NCBI GenBank assembly: GCA_964588005.1 | Contig: CAZPOJ010000001.1 | Coordinates: forward strand, 1 to 52,710 | Reading direction: 5' to 3' | Length of the DNA stretch: 52,710 bases | Source of the DNA: an uncultured Sphaerochaeta sp. | GTDB lineage: Bacteria; Spirochaetota; Spirochaetia; Sphaerochaetales; Sphaerochaetaceae | Part shown: positions 37,732 through 46,421 of the stretch, piece by piece | Layout: each line of letters opens with the position of its first letter | Position numbering within the stretch: position 1 is the stretch's first letter | Made by a program: the position numbers and the translations under genes | The notes under the pieces: model-generated | What the model saw: the letters and a program-made list of their open reading frames with translations, nothing else | Database searches by the model: none | Told to the model about the DNA's origin: nothing

Positions 37732-39765
37732 CTAGAAGAGCAAATTGCCCACTACGTTGATGAATACCGCCACTATATACGCTGTCAGCATCTGGATGCC
37801 AACTTGTCCAAGGGTAACCCTCCAGGTTTTCAGTTCCCGTTTCATAGCACCTACTGCAGCGAAACAGGGCATACAGAGAAGGTTGAAGGCCATATAGGCA
37901 AGAGCTGCCTGGCGAGTCTTGATATCTTCCTTGAGCGTCGGCAAGGCTTGTGCATCCCCACCTTCCATAAGGATCACATCGGTATAGATATCCCTAGCTG
38001 CCTCCTCGTCATACACTCCCTCTTCAAATCCAAACTCCATGAGCTCATCATCTGAGGCGTCGGCAAAGTACTCGGAGAGGTACTCATCACTGATATCATC
38101 AGCGTAGAGCTGAGCAAGGGTCACGACAACCATCTCCTTAGCGATCCACCCTGTGGCGACCCCAACAGTAGGTCTCCAGGCACCAAAGCCTGCGGGCTTG
38201 AAGATGGGGGCAATAGCCTTACCGGTGGAGGCTAGGAACGACGACTCGATAGGAGCCAAGGGAGTTCCATACTTCTGTTGGTTCTGCCCGTTAAAGGAGG
38301 ACAGGTTGAAGTTCGATAGGGCCCAGATAAGGATGGTGGCTGCCAAAATAATGGTACCGGCCTTCTGCACAAATCCCTTTACCTTCTCGTATCCATGAAT
38401 TCCCACACTCGTGAGGGTAGGAAGCCTGTACTGGGGAAGCTCCATCAGGAAGTTCGAAGTCTCACCCTTGTAGGCAACCCTGTTGATGATCAAGGAGACC
38501 ACAATCGATACCGCAAGGCTGAGCATGTAGGTGAAAAAGAGTACCAGCGTCTTGTTACCATCACTGAAGAAGGTTGAGACAAACATGATGAAGATAGGAA
38601 GTTTTGCACCACAGGGCATAAAGCCACAGAGCAAGGTGGTTATCTTACGGTCTTTTTCACTGTCGAGGGTTCGGGTAGCCATGATGGCAGGCACAGAACA
38701 GCCGAATCCCATCAGCAAGGGAATGAAGGAACGACCGGAAAGACCGAACTTACGAAACAGGCGGTCCATGACAAAGGCAACACGCGCCATGTACCCGCTA
38801 TCCTCCAAGAAGCTCATCAGCAGGTAGAGCACCAGGATAAGGGGAAGGAAGCCCAGGACGGCTCCTATACCCTCCATGATGCCAAATATCACCAGGCTGT
38901 AGGCCCATGTAGCTGCCCCCGCACCCAATAGTGCTGAAGAAACTACATCCGTCAAGGAACCCCAGAGATTTTCCACCAAGGTGGCCAAGGCTATACCGGG
39001 AGAGGGAAGCCCAGGGACAAAGAGGAAGTTCTCACTGAAGGTTGCTGCAAACATGAGGTACATGATCAAGGCAAAGACAGGAAGGGCCCATATCTTGTGG
39101 GTAAGGACCTTGTCGATCTTATCGCTGCGACTCTCCTTGTGCTCGCCCTCCCTTGTTCCTCTCACTACACTTGCAGCCACAGTCTCAGTGATAAAGGAGT
39201 AGCGCTTGTCTGCAAGCGTATCCTCGTCCACTTTATTGGTCAGTTCATATACAGGCAGCCTCTTGGGAACCCGCTTCTCCTCAATGGTACGCTTTACCGC
39301 ATCCATCAAGGCATCGATGCCTTTACCAGAACGTGCCACAATGGGAACCACTGCAACACCAAAGATTGCTTCAAGGCGTTTAAAGTCGATGACGTCCTTT
39401 CGCAGGTCAACCTCGTCCATCATGTTTATTCCCAATACCGTGGGAATACCGGTCTCCATGATCTGCAGGGCAAGATAGAGGTTGCGCTCCAGCGATGTCC
39501 CATCGAGGATGTCGATGACACAATCGGGTCTTTCATTGACGATGAAGTCCCTGGCTATGACCTCCTCTGCACTATAGGGGGAGAGGGAGTAAGTCCCGGG
39601 CAAGTCAAGGATCTTCATCTCCTTGTTCTTACGGTAGAGGCCTTCCTTCTTATCAACGGTAACCCCAGGCCAGTTCCCCACATGTTGGCGGGATCCGGTA
39701 AGAGTATTGAATACAGTTGTTTTGCCAGAGTTCGGGTTTCCGGCAAGTGCTATGGTGTACGACAT
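37732..39765 (-). CDS. feoB: Ferrous iron transporter B
   Basis: GNPNSGKT, VGNWPGVTV, DLPGTYSL, NMMD, LEDSGYMAR, GFGCSVPA and PCFAA. Confidence 0.97.
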   Translation of the reverse strand: MSYTIALAGNPNSGKTTVFNTLTGSRQHVGNWPGVTVDKKEGLYRKNKEMKILDLPGTYSLSPYSAEEVIARDFIVNERPDCVIDILDGTSLERNLYLALQIMETGIPTVLGINMMDEVDLRKDVIDFKRLEAIFGVAVVPIVARSGKGIDALMDAVKRTIEEKRVPKRLPVYELTNKVDEDTLADKRYSFITETVAASVVRGTREGEHKESRSDKIDKVLTHKIWALPVFALIMYLMFAATFSENFLFVPGLPSPGIALATLVENLWGSLTDVVSSALLGAGAATWAYSLVIFGIMEGIGAVLGFLPLILVLYLLMSFLEDSGYMARVAFVMDRLFRKFGLSGRSFIPLLMGFGCSVPAIMATRTLDSEKDRKITTLLCGFMPCGAKLPIFIMFVSTFFSDGNKTLVLFFTYMLSLAVSIVVSLIINRVAYKGETSNFLMELPQYRLPTLTSVGIHGYEKVKGFVQKAGTIILAATILIWALSNFNLSSFNGQNQQKYGTPLAPIESSFLASTGKAIAPIFKPAGFGAWRPTVGVATGWIAKEMVVVTLAQLYADDISDEYLSEYFADASDDELMEFGFEEGVYDEEAARDIYTDVILMEGGDAQALPTLKEDIKTRQAALAYMAFNLLCMPCFAAVGAMKRELKTWRVTLGQVGIQMLTAYIVAVFINVVGNLLF

Positions 39766-39780
39766 TAAAAACTCCTATAT

Positions 39781-39796
39781 GTTAGGACAAACTAAC
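39781..39796. promoter_or_regulatory. GTTAG-N6-CTAAC palindrome upstream of feoB (putative DtxR/MntR-family operator)
   Basis: GTTAGgacaaaCTAAC, 4 nt upstream of the feoB SD. Same arms as the copy at 40307. Confidence 0.55.
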
Positions 39797-39813
39797 AGTT
39801 TGCCTAAAAAAAA

Positions 39814-40038
39814 TTACTTCTGGACCTGTATCAGGGCAGCTTCACTCTTGCGAAGGCTCAACTGATACCCCCGAACTGTAATCTCCACAGGATCACCTAG
39901 TGGTGCAATCTTAATGAGTTGCACCTGCACATTGGGAGTTACCCCCATGTCTAAAATCCTCTGTCGCATAGCCCCGGTGGTGCCAATGGAAACCACCTTG
40001 GCCTTTTCGCCAGGTCGTAACTCACCTAATGTCATCAT
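39814..40038 (-). CDS. feoA: Ferrous iron transport protein A
   Basis: RILDMGVTP, APLGDPVEITVRGYQLSLRKSEA. Confidence 0.93.
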   Translation of the reverse strand: MMTLGELRPGEKAKVVSIGTTGAMRQRILDMGVTPNVQVQLIKIAPLGDPVEITVRGYQLSLRKSEAALIQVQK

Positions 40039-40080
40039 AAACTCCTCGAAAATATATATGTAGTATGTAATGCAATACTA

Positions 40081-40293
40081 TTATGCTACGTTTATTCTGT
40101 GGGCTAGCCCCTGATTAAGGGCAAGCCTGACACCCTTCAGGGAAAGGATAAGGCCATTGGAGCACTTACCGACAATTTCTACCTGTTGTCCAAAGACAAA
40201 CCCCAAGTCAAGCAGATGCTGCTTCATGGAATCTTCACCGTGTAGGGAAACAATAGTTTTCTTCTCACCGACCTGCAGCATGGATAATGGCAT
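40081..40293 (-). CDS. feoA: Ferrous iron transport protein A (second copy)
   Basis: MPLSML..GE, HLLDLGFV.G, GVRLAL..GLA.RI. GGAGG SD. Confidence 0.9.
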   Translation of the reverse strand: MPLSMLQVGEKKTIVSLHGEDSMKQHLLDLGFVFGQQVEIVGKCSNGLILSLKGVRLALNQGLAHRINVA

Positions 40294-40306
40294 AAATGTC
40301 CTCCGT

Positions 40307-40360
40307 GTTAGTCGTACCTAACTCACCCTTGTTATACTATGCTTATCCTTTTCCTGTCAA
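40307..40360 (-). promoter_or_regulatory. feo operon promoter with a GTTAG-N6-CTAAC operator
   Basis: Minus strand: TTGACA (40360-40355), 18 nt, TATAAC (40336-40331). The palindrome GTTAGtcgtacCTAAC at 40307-40322 lies between the predicted start site and the SD. Confidence 0.65.
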
Positions 40361-40589
40361 CCACATTTTCAAAAATCATTCTTTTTCCTCTCCTTTTGCG
40401 ATGCGATAGTTTTCTTTTCTCGTGCGTATTAAGAAAAATCCCTCACGGACAATCTCCCTATATCCAAGAAGCCTCTTTCCAAAAAGATAGAAGAGCTCCT
40501 GTTTTCTATTCAAGAGCAGGGTCTACGACAAAAGAGCTGAGTAACTCACGTTGTAGCGAGAGTTATCACGTCGCATAATAAAACGTACT

Positions 40590-40868
40590 GCTTGTGGACA
40601 ACCTGTGGACAACTTGCTAAATACCTGTAGGAAACCAGAATATAGAGACCAATCGAAATACCCTTTTTTCTAGATAAGAACTATATAAGAACCATGCCAT
40701 TAAGTTGTAAGCAACTTGCCTTAAAGGAGTTAGTTTACCACATTGGTAGGCATTAGAAGAAAAACAGCATAAAGAAACTTGCTTATACAAGCTCATTTTT
40801 GTGTATACAGAGTATTTGGATAGCTTGTGGATAACCTGTGGACAACTATGGGATGAGCTTGTGGATAG
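40590..40868. other. DnaA-box cluster, candidate replication origin (oriC) or DnaA-regulatory site
   Basis: TGTGGACAA at 40593, 40604 and 40837; perfect TGTGGATAA at 40826; TGTGGATAG at 40860; TGTGTATAC at 40800; TTTGGATAG at 40815; inverted TTTACCACA at 40734. AT-rich spacer within a 600-nt gene-free gap. Confidence 0.7.
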
Positions 40869-40896
40869 AGCAGTGAATTCTAGGGAAAATATGGAG

Positions 40897-42186
40897 TTAA
40901 CCAATTCTCTCAATAGAGAGTCCAAGGGCGAAAAGCTTTTCGGAAAGGCGCTCATACCCCCGTTCCACCTGGTAGATATTCTCGATTGTGGAGACTCCTT
41001 CAGCACAAGCGGCGGCTATGACCAGGGCCATACCGGCACGGACATCAGGACTTGTAACCACAGAGCCATAGAGTTGGGAGGGACCGTTGACCACCGCCCT
41101 ATGAGGATCGCACAAGATGATGTCCGCCCCCATGCGAATGAGCCAGTCTACAAAGTACATCCGAGACTCGTACATCTTCTCATGTATCAGGATGGAACCC
41201 TCCATCTGGGTTGCACAGACGGTGATGATGCTCAATAGGTCAGCAGGAAATCCTGGCCATGGGGCGTCATCGACTTTGCCGGTGTGTCCGCCGACCTCTT
41301 TATAGAGGATCCTCTTTTGCTTGCGGGGAACCAGGATGGAGGAAGGCCCATCTTGGACATACTCCACTCCTATGCGGGAAAATCCCAGCCTGATCATCCT
41401 AAGGTGCTCAATCTCCACATCCTTGATCAGGAGCTGGCCTCCGGTTGCACCGGCAAGACCGATAAAGGAGCCCACCTCCATATAGTCACTGCCGAGAGTG
41501 AATTCACACCCGTGCAACTTCTTGTTCCCTTGGATAAAGAGCCTGTTCGATCCTATCCCTTCGATCTTGCAACCCATACGAACAAGCATGGTGCAGAGGT
41601 CCTGCACATGCGGCTCGCACGCTGCATTGCTCAAGATGCTCTCCCCTTCTGCCAGGGAGGCTGCCATGATGACGTTCTCAGTAGCGGTGACCGATGCCTC
41701 ATCCAGAAAGATATCTCCGCCTTGCAGGCGGAGATGGTTTGCCTTCAGGTGCAGGCGTCCATCACCTTCCAACTGGCAGGAAGCCCCTAGGGAGGAGAGG
41801 CCGAGGAAGTGCGTATCCAGCCGTCTCAGGCCGATGACATCCCCTCCAGGAGGATCGAGGCACACTTCGCCATGCAGGGCCAAAAGAGGTCCCAGCAGGA
41901 GGATGGAGCCTCGTACAGCCTCTACCAGGTCCTTGCCCAACAGTCCTACCCTGTTGCCACTTGTTATCTCCAGGGTGTTGCTATCGACCTTGATGATGGT
42001 AGACCCCAGGTTCTCCAGGAGCTTGCACATGACGCGCACGTCCTCTATATCAGGGACATTCTTGAGCAGTACTGTATCGTCGGTAAGCAGGGTTGCTGCA
42101 AGGCAGGGAAGGGCGGCATTCTTGTTGCCGCTGATAGCCACTTCTCCTGAGGCTGGAAAACCTCCCTCTATCCTGTATGAAGCCAT
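40897..42186 (-). CDS. murA: UDP-N-acetylglucosamine 1-carboxyvinyltransferase (Asp at the Cys115 position)
   Basis: SGNKNAALP, PPGGDVIGLR, SVTATEN, NAACEPHV, PWPGFPAD, SPDVRAG and ERGYE. Start MASYRI at 42186 with GGAGG SD. Confidence 0.95.
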   Translation of the reverse strand: MASYRIEGGFPASGEVAISGNKNAALPCLAATLLTDDTVLLKNVPDIEDVRVMCKLLENLGSTIIKVDSNTLEITSGNRVGLLGKDLVEAVRGSILLLGPLLALHGEVCLDPPGGDVIGLRRLDTHFLGLSSLGASCQLEGDGRLHLKANHLRLQGGDIFLDEASVTATENVIMAASLAEGESILSNAACEPHVQDLCTMLVRMGCKIEGIGSNRLFIQGNKKLHGCEFTLGSDYMEVGSFIGLAGATGGQLLIKDVEIEHLRMIRLGFSRIGVEYVQDGPSSILVPRKQKRILYKEVGGHTGKVDDAPWPGFPADLLSIITVCATQMEGSILIHEKMYESRMYFVDWLIRMGADIILCDPHRAVVNGPSQLYGSVVTSPDVRAGMALVIAAACAEGVSTIENIYQVERGYERLSEKLFALGLSIERIG

Positions 42187-42276
42187 GGGTTCCTCCAAAA
42201 ACATGGTATAGCCACGGCTTCTATTTAGCAAGTCGTTGTTGAGTTATCTCCCCTATCAATGGTAGAATACCCAAAG

Positions 42277-43293
42277 ATGAAACAGATTGATAAAAAGGTA
42301 TTTGGAATAGGGAATCCTCTCATAGATATCATTGTCCGTGTTGAGGAGAGTGATCTCCTTACCCTGGGCATCCACAAGGGGACCATGGCCCTGATACAGA
42401 AGGAGAGGATGGATGAGCTGCTCCTCTTTAGCAAGGCCAAGGAGACCTCCTACTCCTGTGGAGGATCCTGTCCCAATACCATCATTGCCCTGGCATCCCT
42501 GGGCATTGAGACCACCCTTGCAGGCAAGGTGGGTAACGATGAGAATGGCAGACGATACGCAGAAACCCTCAAAGCCCTCCATGTGCACAATGAGCTTGCC
42601 ATCACAGATGAGGAGCCCACCGGCTCTACGGTAATACTGGTGACCCCTGACAGCGAACGCAGCATGAACACTTTCCTTGGGGCGAACCGCCTCTATGAGG
42701 CTGGGGATATCAACGAAAAAAGCCTATCCAATGCTGACTTCTTCCACTTCACCGGATATATGTGGGATACCAAAAGCCAGCAGAAAGCGATAACAAAGGC
42801 CCTCACCATAGCAAAACAGCACGCCACCACCATCTCCTTTGATGTCGCGGACCCTTTTGCGGTAGGACGCTACCGCGATACCTTTCTTAAGATTATCGAG
42901 CAGAAATGTGATATCGTCTTTGCAAACAGGGAGGAGGCGCGTATCCTCTTTGACAACTATGATCCTTACGAGTGCTGTCGTTCCATGGGCAAGCTCTGTG
43001 AGACGGCCATTGTAAAGAACGGAAAGAAGGGCTCCTTCATCTCCCACAAGCAAGAGATCTTCAGCGTCCCGGTGAAGGGTCCTGTAGTCCCTGTCGATAC
43101 CACAGGGGCTGGGGATGTCTATGCAGCGGGTTTCCTCTATGGCCAGTGCAAGGGGTACACCATCGCAGAGTCAGGGACCATCGCTTCCATCCTAGCAGGT
43201 CAGATCATCACCCAGAGGGGGGCTCAGTTCAGCAAGGAACAGGCTGCTGGCCTACGGGCTTTGCTGGAGACCGGCACCTGGCGCAGCCTGTAG
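42277..43293 (+). CDS. PfkB-family carbohydrate/adenosine kinase
   Basis: GIGNPLIDI, GGSCPNT, ERSMNTFLGA, FANREEA and VDTTGAGDVYAAGFLYG. Confidence 0.9.
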   Translation: MKQIDKKVFGIGNPLIDIIVRVEESDLLTLGIHKGTMALIQKERMDELLLFSKAKETSYSCGGSCPNTIIALASLGIETTLAGKVGNDENGRRYAETLKALHVHNELAITDEEPTGSTVILVTPDSERSMNTFLGANRLYEAGDINEKSLSNADFFHFTGYMWDTKSQQKAITKALTIAKQHATTISFDVADPFAVGRYRDTFLKIIEQKCDIVFANREEARILFDNYDPYECCRSMGKLCETAIVKNGKKGSFISHKQEIFSVPVKGPVVPVDTTGAGDVYAAGFLYGQCKGYTIAESGTIASILAGQIITQRGAQFSKEQAAGLRALLETGTWRSL

Positions 43294-44472
43294 CAGGACC
43301 CGTGAAGAAGCGAGCATTATGGTAACACCCAGGAGGGCTATGACCGCCCAGAAGACCTTGAGGGGAATATAGGCTAGAAGGACTATCGCCAGCAAGTTTG
43401 CAAGCATCCCCCCTCCTTGGAGAGCAAACGAATGTATACTCAGTGCAGAAGACCGCACCTCTGAAACCATGCTCTGATTAAGCAATACCCCACCTACAAC
43501 AGAGACCACCCCCAACACAAGATAGAGTACAAAGTAGACCAGGATAAATTGAAAGGGTGTTTTTACGAACAGAAAGAGTCCTTCCAAGGAGAAGGCACAG
43601 AGGACTGCAAGAAGAAAGATCCAAGAAGGCCTTCCTGTTTTGATCAGTGCCTTGCCCAACAGCGAACCCAGGATACTTATTGCAAAGACAGAACCCCCTA
43701 CAATACCCAAGACCCAGATCTGGCTTTCAGAGCTCAACAACTGTTGCAAGAAAGGTTGCCAAAAACTTTCCAGAGAGAACAGCTGCCCTCCATGCAGGAG
43801 GGAGAACAGGACATATACTTGTAAAAAACGATTGCCTTTCACAAAGTGAAGAAATTGCTTTGCTTGTCCGAAAAACGTGGTTTTTCCCAGTTCAACACCA
43901 GAAGAGTCATTGGGAATCAGCAAAGCGACCAATACCATGCAAAGCAAGATCAGAGCCCCTCGCACCACAAGCAGGTAATCGGTAAGATGCACACCACCCT
44001 TACCCAATGTCAGCAAAACTCCTCCGAACAACGAGCCTAAGGCCAGCGCCAAGCTTGAGGTTATATCCATGGCAACCATTACTTCTTCAAGAGCCCTCTC
44101 TTGCTTCATGTGGCTCTCAATAAACAGGGCATCAAGGCTTCCTGAAGAGAATGCCCTTCCAATACCATTGAAGGCAAATCCAACAAACAGCGAGGTCAAG
44201 CCTCTGCCAAACATCAACAGCGTCCCGACAAAAACAGATGCCATCCCCACCAAGTAGCCTTTCCTTCTCCCTTGGGCATCACAGAAAATACCACTGGGAA
44301 CCTCAAAAACCATTACACTGGCAGAAAAGCAAAGCATGGCTATACTCAACTCTTTCAAAGAGTACCCTTTGCTCGTGATGATCAAAGCCATTGCCGGTAT
44401 GGCTACCCCCAGTGAAAAGTATCCCAAAAAGAGGACTATAAGATAGTTTCTCATAGAGTAGGCTCTAGGCAC
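43252..44472 (-). CDS. MFS transporter
   Basis: About 12 TM with FEVPSGIFCD..GRR, GRAFSSGSLDAL and SEVRSS.LS. The start may instead be MRNYL at 44454. Confidence 0.88.
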   Translation of the reverse strand: MPRAYSMRNYLIVLFLGYFSLGVAIPAMALIITSKGYSLKELSIAMLCFSASVMVFEVPSGIFCDAQGRRKGYLVGMASVFVGTLLMFGRGLTSLFVGFAFNGIGRAFSSGSLDALFIESHMKQERALEEVMVAMDITSSLALALGSLFGGVLLTLGKGGVHLTDYLLVVRGALILLCMVLVALLIPNDSSGVELGKTTFFGQAKQFLHFVKGNRFLQVYVLFSLLHGGQLFSLESFWQPFLQQLLSSESQIWVLGIVGGSVFAISILGSLLGKALIKTGRPSWIFLLAVLCAFSLEGLFLFVKTPFQFILVYFVLYLVLGVVSVVGGVLLNQSMVSEVRSSALSIHSFALQGGGMLANLLAIVLLAYIPLKVFWAVIALLGVTIMLASSRVLLQAAPGAGLQQSP

Positions 44473-44986
44473 GATAGGTCACCACTGAATAGACAAAGGG
44501 AAGAGTACCCGCACCTTTCTTCTCATGAGAGGCTATATAGGAACGTATGATATCCATCAGCTCATCAGCTTCCTCTTGCCCCAGATGCAGGACCCCAGTA
44601 AGCACATCTCCCATAAAATGGCCATCAGGATCATCAACAACACGGTCGTGGGAGAAGAATCCATCCTGCACCTCCTTCAACAGGTTCTGCACCAAGGCAT
44701 CCCTGGGCCCCTTGCCATCATAGCCGATGCTGATGGTAGCGCTTGTCCTCCTGTAGAAGGTTGCAGTTATCCCATTGATACGTTCTGTGCGGTCAATTTC
44801 AACAGCTCCAAGGCCAACCAACCTGAGGATATGGTGTTTTGCGCTTGAGCTGGTCATAGAGAGAGAGTCTGCAACCTGTTTGGGTGTCATGCTGTCATGA
44901 ATGGCCAGTAGGGTGAGAATCTTCTGTCGGGTAGGATGCATGAAGATCTGAAGGTCCTTGTCATCTGATAGGTGTATAGTTTTCAT
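44465..44986 (-). CDS. ArsR-like winged-helix transcriptional regulator
   Basis: HPTRQKILTLL, MTPKQVAD.L, KHHILRL..LGAV and NGITATFYR. Overlaps the MFS start. Confidence 0.88.
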   Translation of the reverse strand: MKTIHLSDDKDLQIFMHPTRQKILTLLAIHDSMTPKQVADSLSMTSSSAKHHILRLVGLGAVEIDRTERINGITATFYRRTSATISIGYDGKGPRDALVQNLLKEVQDGFFSHDRVVDDPDGHFMGDVLTGVLHLGQEEADELMDIIRSYIASHEKKGAGTLPFVYSVVTYRA

Positions 44987-44993
44987 AACAATA

Positions 44994-45023
44994 TATATAA
45001 CATGACAATTATTGTTACGTCAA
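44994..45023 (-). promoter_or_regulatory. Promoter and palindromic operator of the ArsR-MFS unit
   Basis: Minus strand: TTGACG, 18 nt, TATATA, 7 nt, ATG. The spacer holds the near-palindrome TGACAATtATTGTTA (45003-45017). Confidence 0.6.
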
Positions 45024-45086
45024 GGAAACCAACCCCTCCTATGCTCATATAGTTGATAAACTCTTCGGAGAGAAGCCCCCCCTTCC

Positions 45087-45115
45087 TTGTATATTTTCCC
45101 AAATATTGATAGTAT
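45087..45115 (+). promoter_or_regulatory. Promoter of the metK leader
   Basis: TTGTAT (45087-45092), 17 nt, TGa-TAGTAT (45110-45115). Predicted start site lies just before the riboswitch. Confidence 0.6.
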
Positions 45116-45123
45116 CCCCTTCA

Positions 45124-45239
45124 TGACGTCGATTTGATAGCCTCCCGGCTTGCAGACGTCAATAAAGAAACTTGCTAAAAGGGGAGCACAACAGCTTGTT
45201 GTATTTTGGTTCCCCCTTCCGCAGCTTCTAAAGGAAGGG
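45124..45239 (+). ncRNA. SAM-II-class riboswitch with a translational expression platform
   Basis: P1 TGACGTC/GACGTCA, conserved GATTT, CTTGC, ATAAA and GCTAAA elements in SAM-II order, CTCCC/GGGAG pseudoknot pairing, directly upstream of metK. Confidence 0.8.
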
Positions 45240-45243
45240 TTTT

Positions 45244-46392
45244 ATGTTAGAAAACGGTACACACATCTTCACCTCAGAATCAGTGAGCGAAGGGCATCCT
45301 GACAAGGTCTGCGACCAGATCTCAGACGCAGTGCTTGATGCATGCCTCAGGCAAGACAAGTACAGCAGGGTAGCCTGTGAAGTATTTGCAACCACAGACA
45401 GGGTCATTGTCGGTGGGGAGATCACCACCAATGCAGAGCTCGACATTGAGGCTATTGTACGCGAAACAGTCAAGGAGATCGGGTACAGCGACCCTGATTG
45501 TGGCTTTGACTACAAAAGTCTGGAGGTCACCAACCTCACCAAGACCCAGTCAGCGGATATCTGTCTGGGAGTATCTGCTGGCTCAAACCTCTATGGAGAG
45601 CAGGGTGCAGGGGATCAGGGAATGATGTTCGGCTACGCCTGTGATGAAACGCCCCAACTTATGCCTGCTCCGGTAATGTTCGCCCATGCCCTACTGGAAA
45701 AGGCAAGCAAACTCAGAAAAGAAGGAAAAGCTTCTTTCCTACTTCCAGACTCCAAGAGCCAGGTCTCTGTAGTCTATAAGGACGGCAAGCCGATCCATAT
45801 TGCTTCGGTAGTCATCAGCCACCAGCACAACGAGGGAGTATCAAGGGAAGAGATAGCACAATTCCTCACAGAAGAGGTCATCAAGCCCGTCCTCCAAGAT
45901 ACAGGGATGCTTACCGATACAACCAAGTACTACATCAATCCAACAGGGAGGTTTGTTATCGGAGGTCCTGCAGGGGACACCGGCCTTACTGGACGGAAGA
46001 TTATTGTAGATACCTATGGGGGGATGGGCCGCCATGGCGGGGGCGCCTTCAGTGGCAAGGACCCGTCCAAGGTTGACCGCTCTGCTGCCTACATGGCTCG
46101 CTTTGTAGCAAAGAACCTGGTTGCAAACAAGTTCTGTCAACGCTGTGAAATTCAGTTCTCCTACGCCATCGGGGTTCCCTACCCCATCTCTATTTTTGTC
46201 AATACTTTCGGTACTGGCACGATAGAGGACAGCAAGCTGGAAGACCTGGTCAGGCAGAAGTTCGATCTCTCCCCGGAGGGCATCGTAAGGACATTTAACC
46301 TTCTGCGTCCTATCTATCAAAAGACAGTAAACTACGGACATTTTGGTAAGGAAGGAGCTCCCTGGGAGGAGATTGTGGATCTTACAATCTGA
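45244..46392 (+). CDS. metK: S-adenosylmethionine synthetase
   Basis: [25 protein letters not shown] and [16 protein letters not shown]. Confidence 0.98.
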   Translation: MLENGTHIFTSESVSEGHPDKVCDQISDAVLDACLRQDKYSRVACEVFATTDRVIVGGEITTNAELDIEAIVRETVKEIGYSDPDCGFDYKSLEVTNLTKTQSADICLGVSAGSNLYGEQGAGDQGMMFGYACDETPQLMPAPVMFAHALLEKASKLRKEGKASFLLPDSKSQVSVVYKDGKPIHIASVVISHQHNEGVSREEIAQFLTEEVIKPVLQDTGMLTDTTKYYINPTGRFVIGGPAGDTGLTGRKIIVDTYGGMGRHGGGAFSGKDPSKVDRSAAYMARFVAKNLVANKFCQRCEIQFSYAIGVPYPISIFVNTFGTGTIEDSKLEDLVRQKFDLSPEGIVRTFNLLRPIYQKTVNYGHFGKEGAPWEEIVDLTI

Positions 46393-46421
46393 TAGAAGCA
46401 ATAGAGTCAGAGAGACAGGGA

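Noticed and set aside
40567-40595. CGCATAA resembling the XerC arm of a dif site
   Set aside because: The matching XerD arm (TTATGTTAAAT) is absent at the required 6-nt spacing.
40590-40847. 25-bp direct repeat as a CRISPR mini-array
   Set aside because: Only two copies, 233 nt apart, built from DnaA boxes, with no cas genes.
40339-41006. ORFs 40339-40578 (+), 40617-41006 (-) and 40801-41238 (+) across the feoA-murA gap
   Set aside because: Atypical composition, no SD or motifs, and they overlap the feo promoter, DnaA boxes and the murA end. The gap is better read as non-coding.
43252-43293. 42-nt convergent overlap of the pfkB and MFS 3' ends (and shorter ones at 10302-10310 and 23787-23790)
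   Set aside because: Short tail-to-tail overlaps are common in compact genomes, and nothing here points to a dedicated antisense function.
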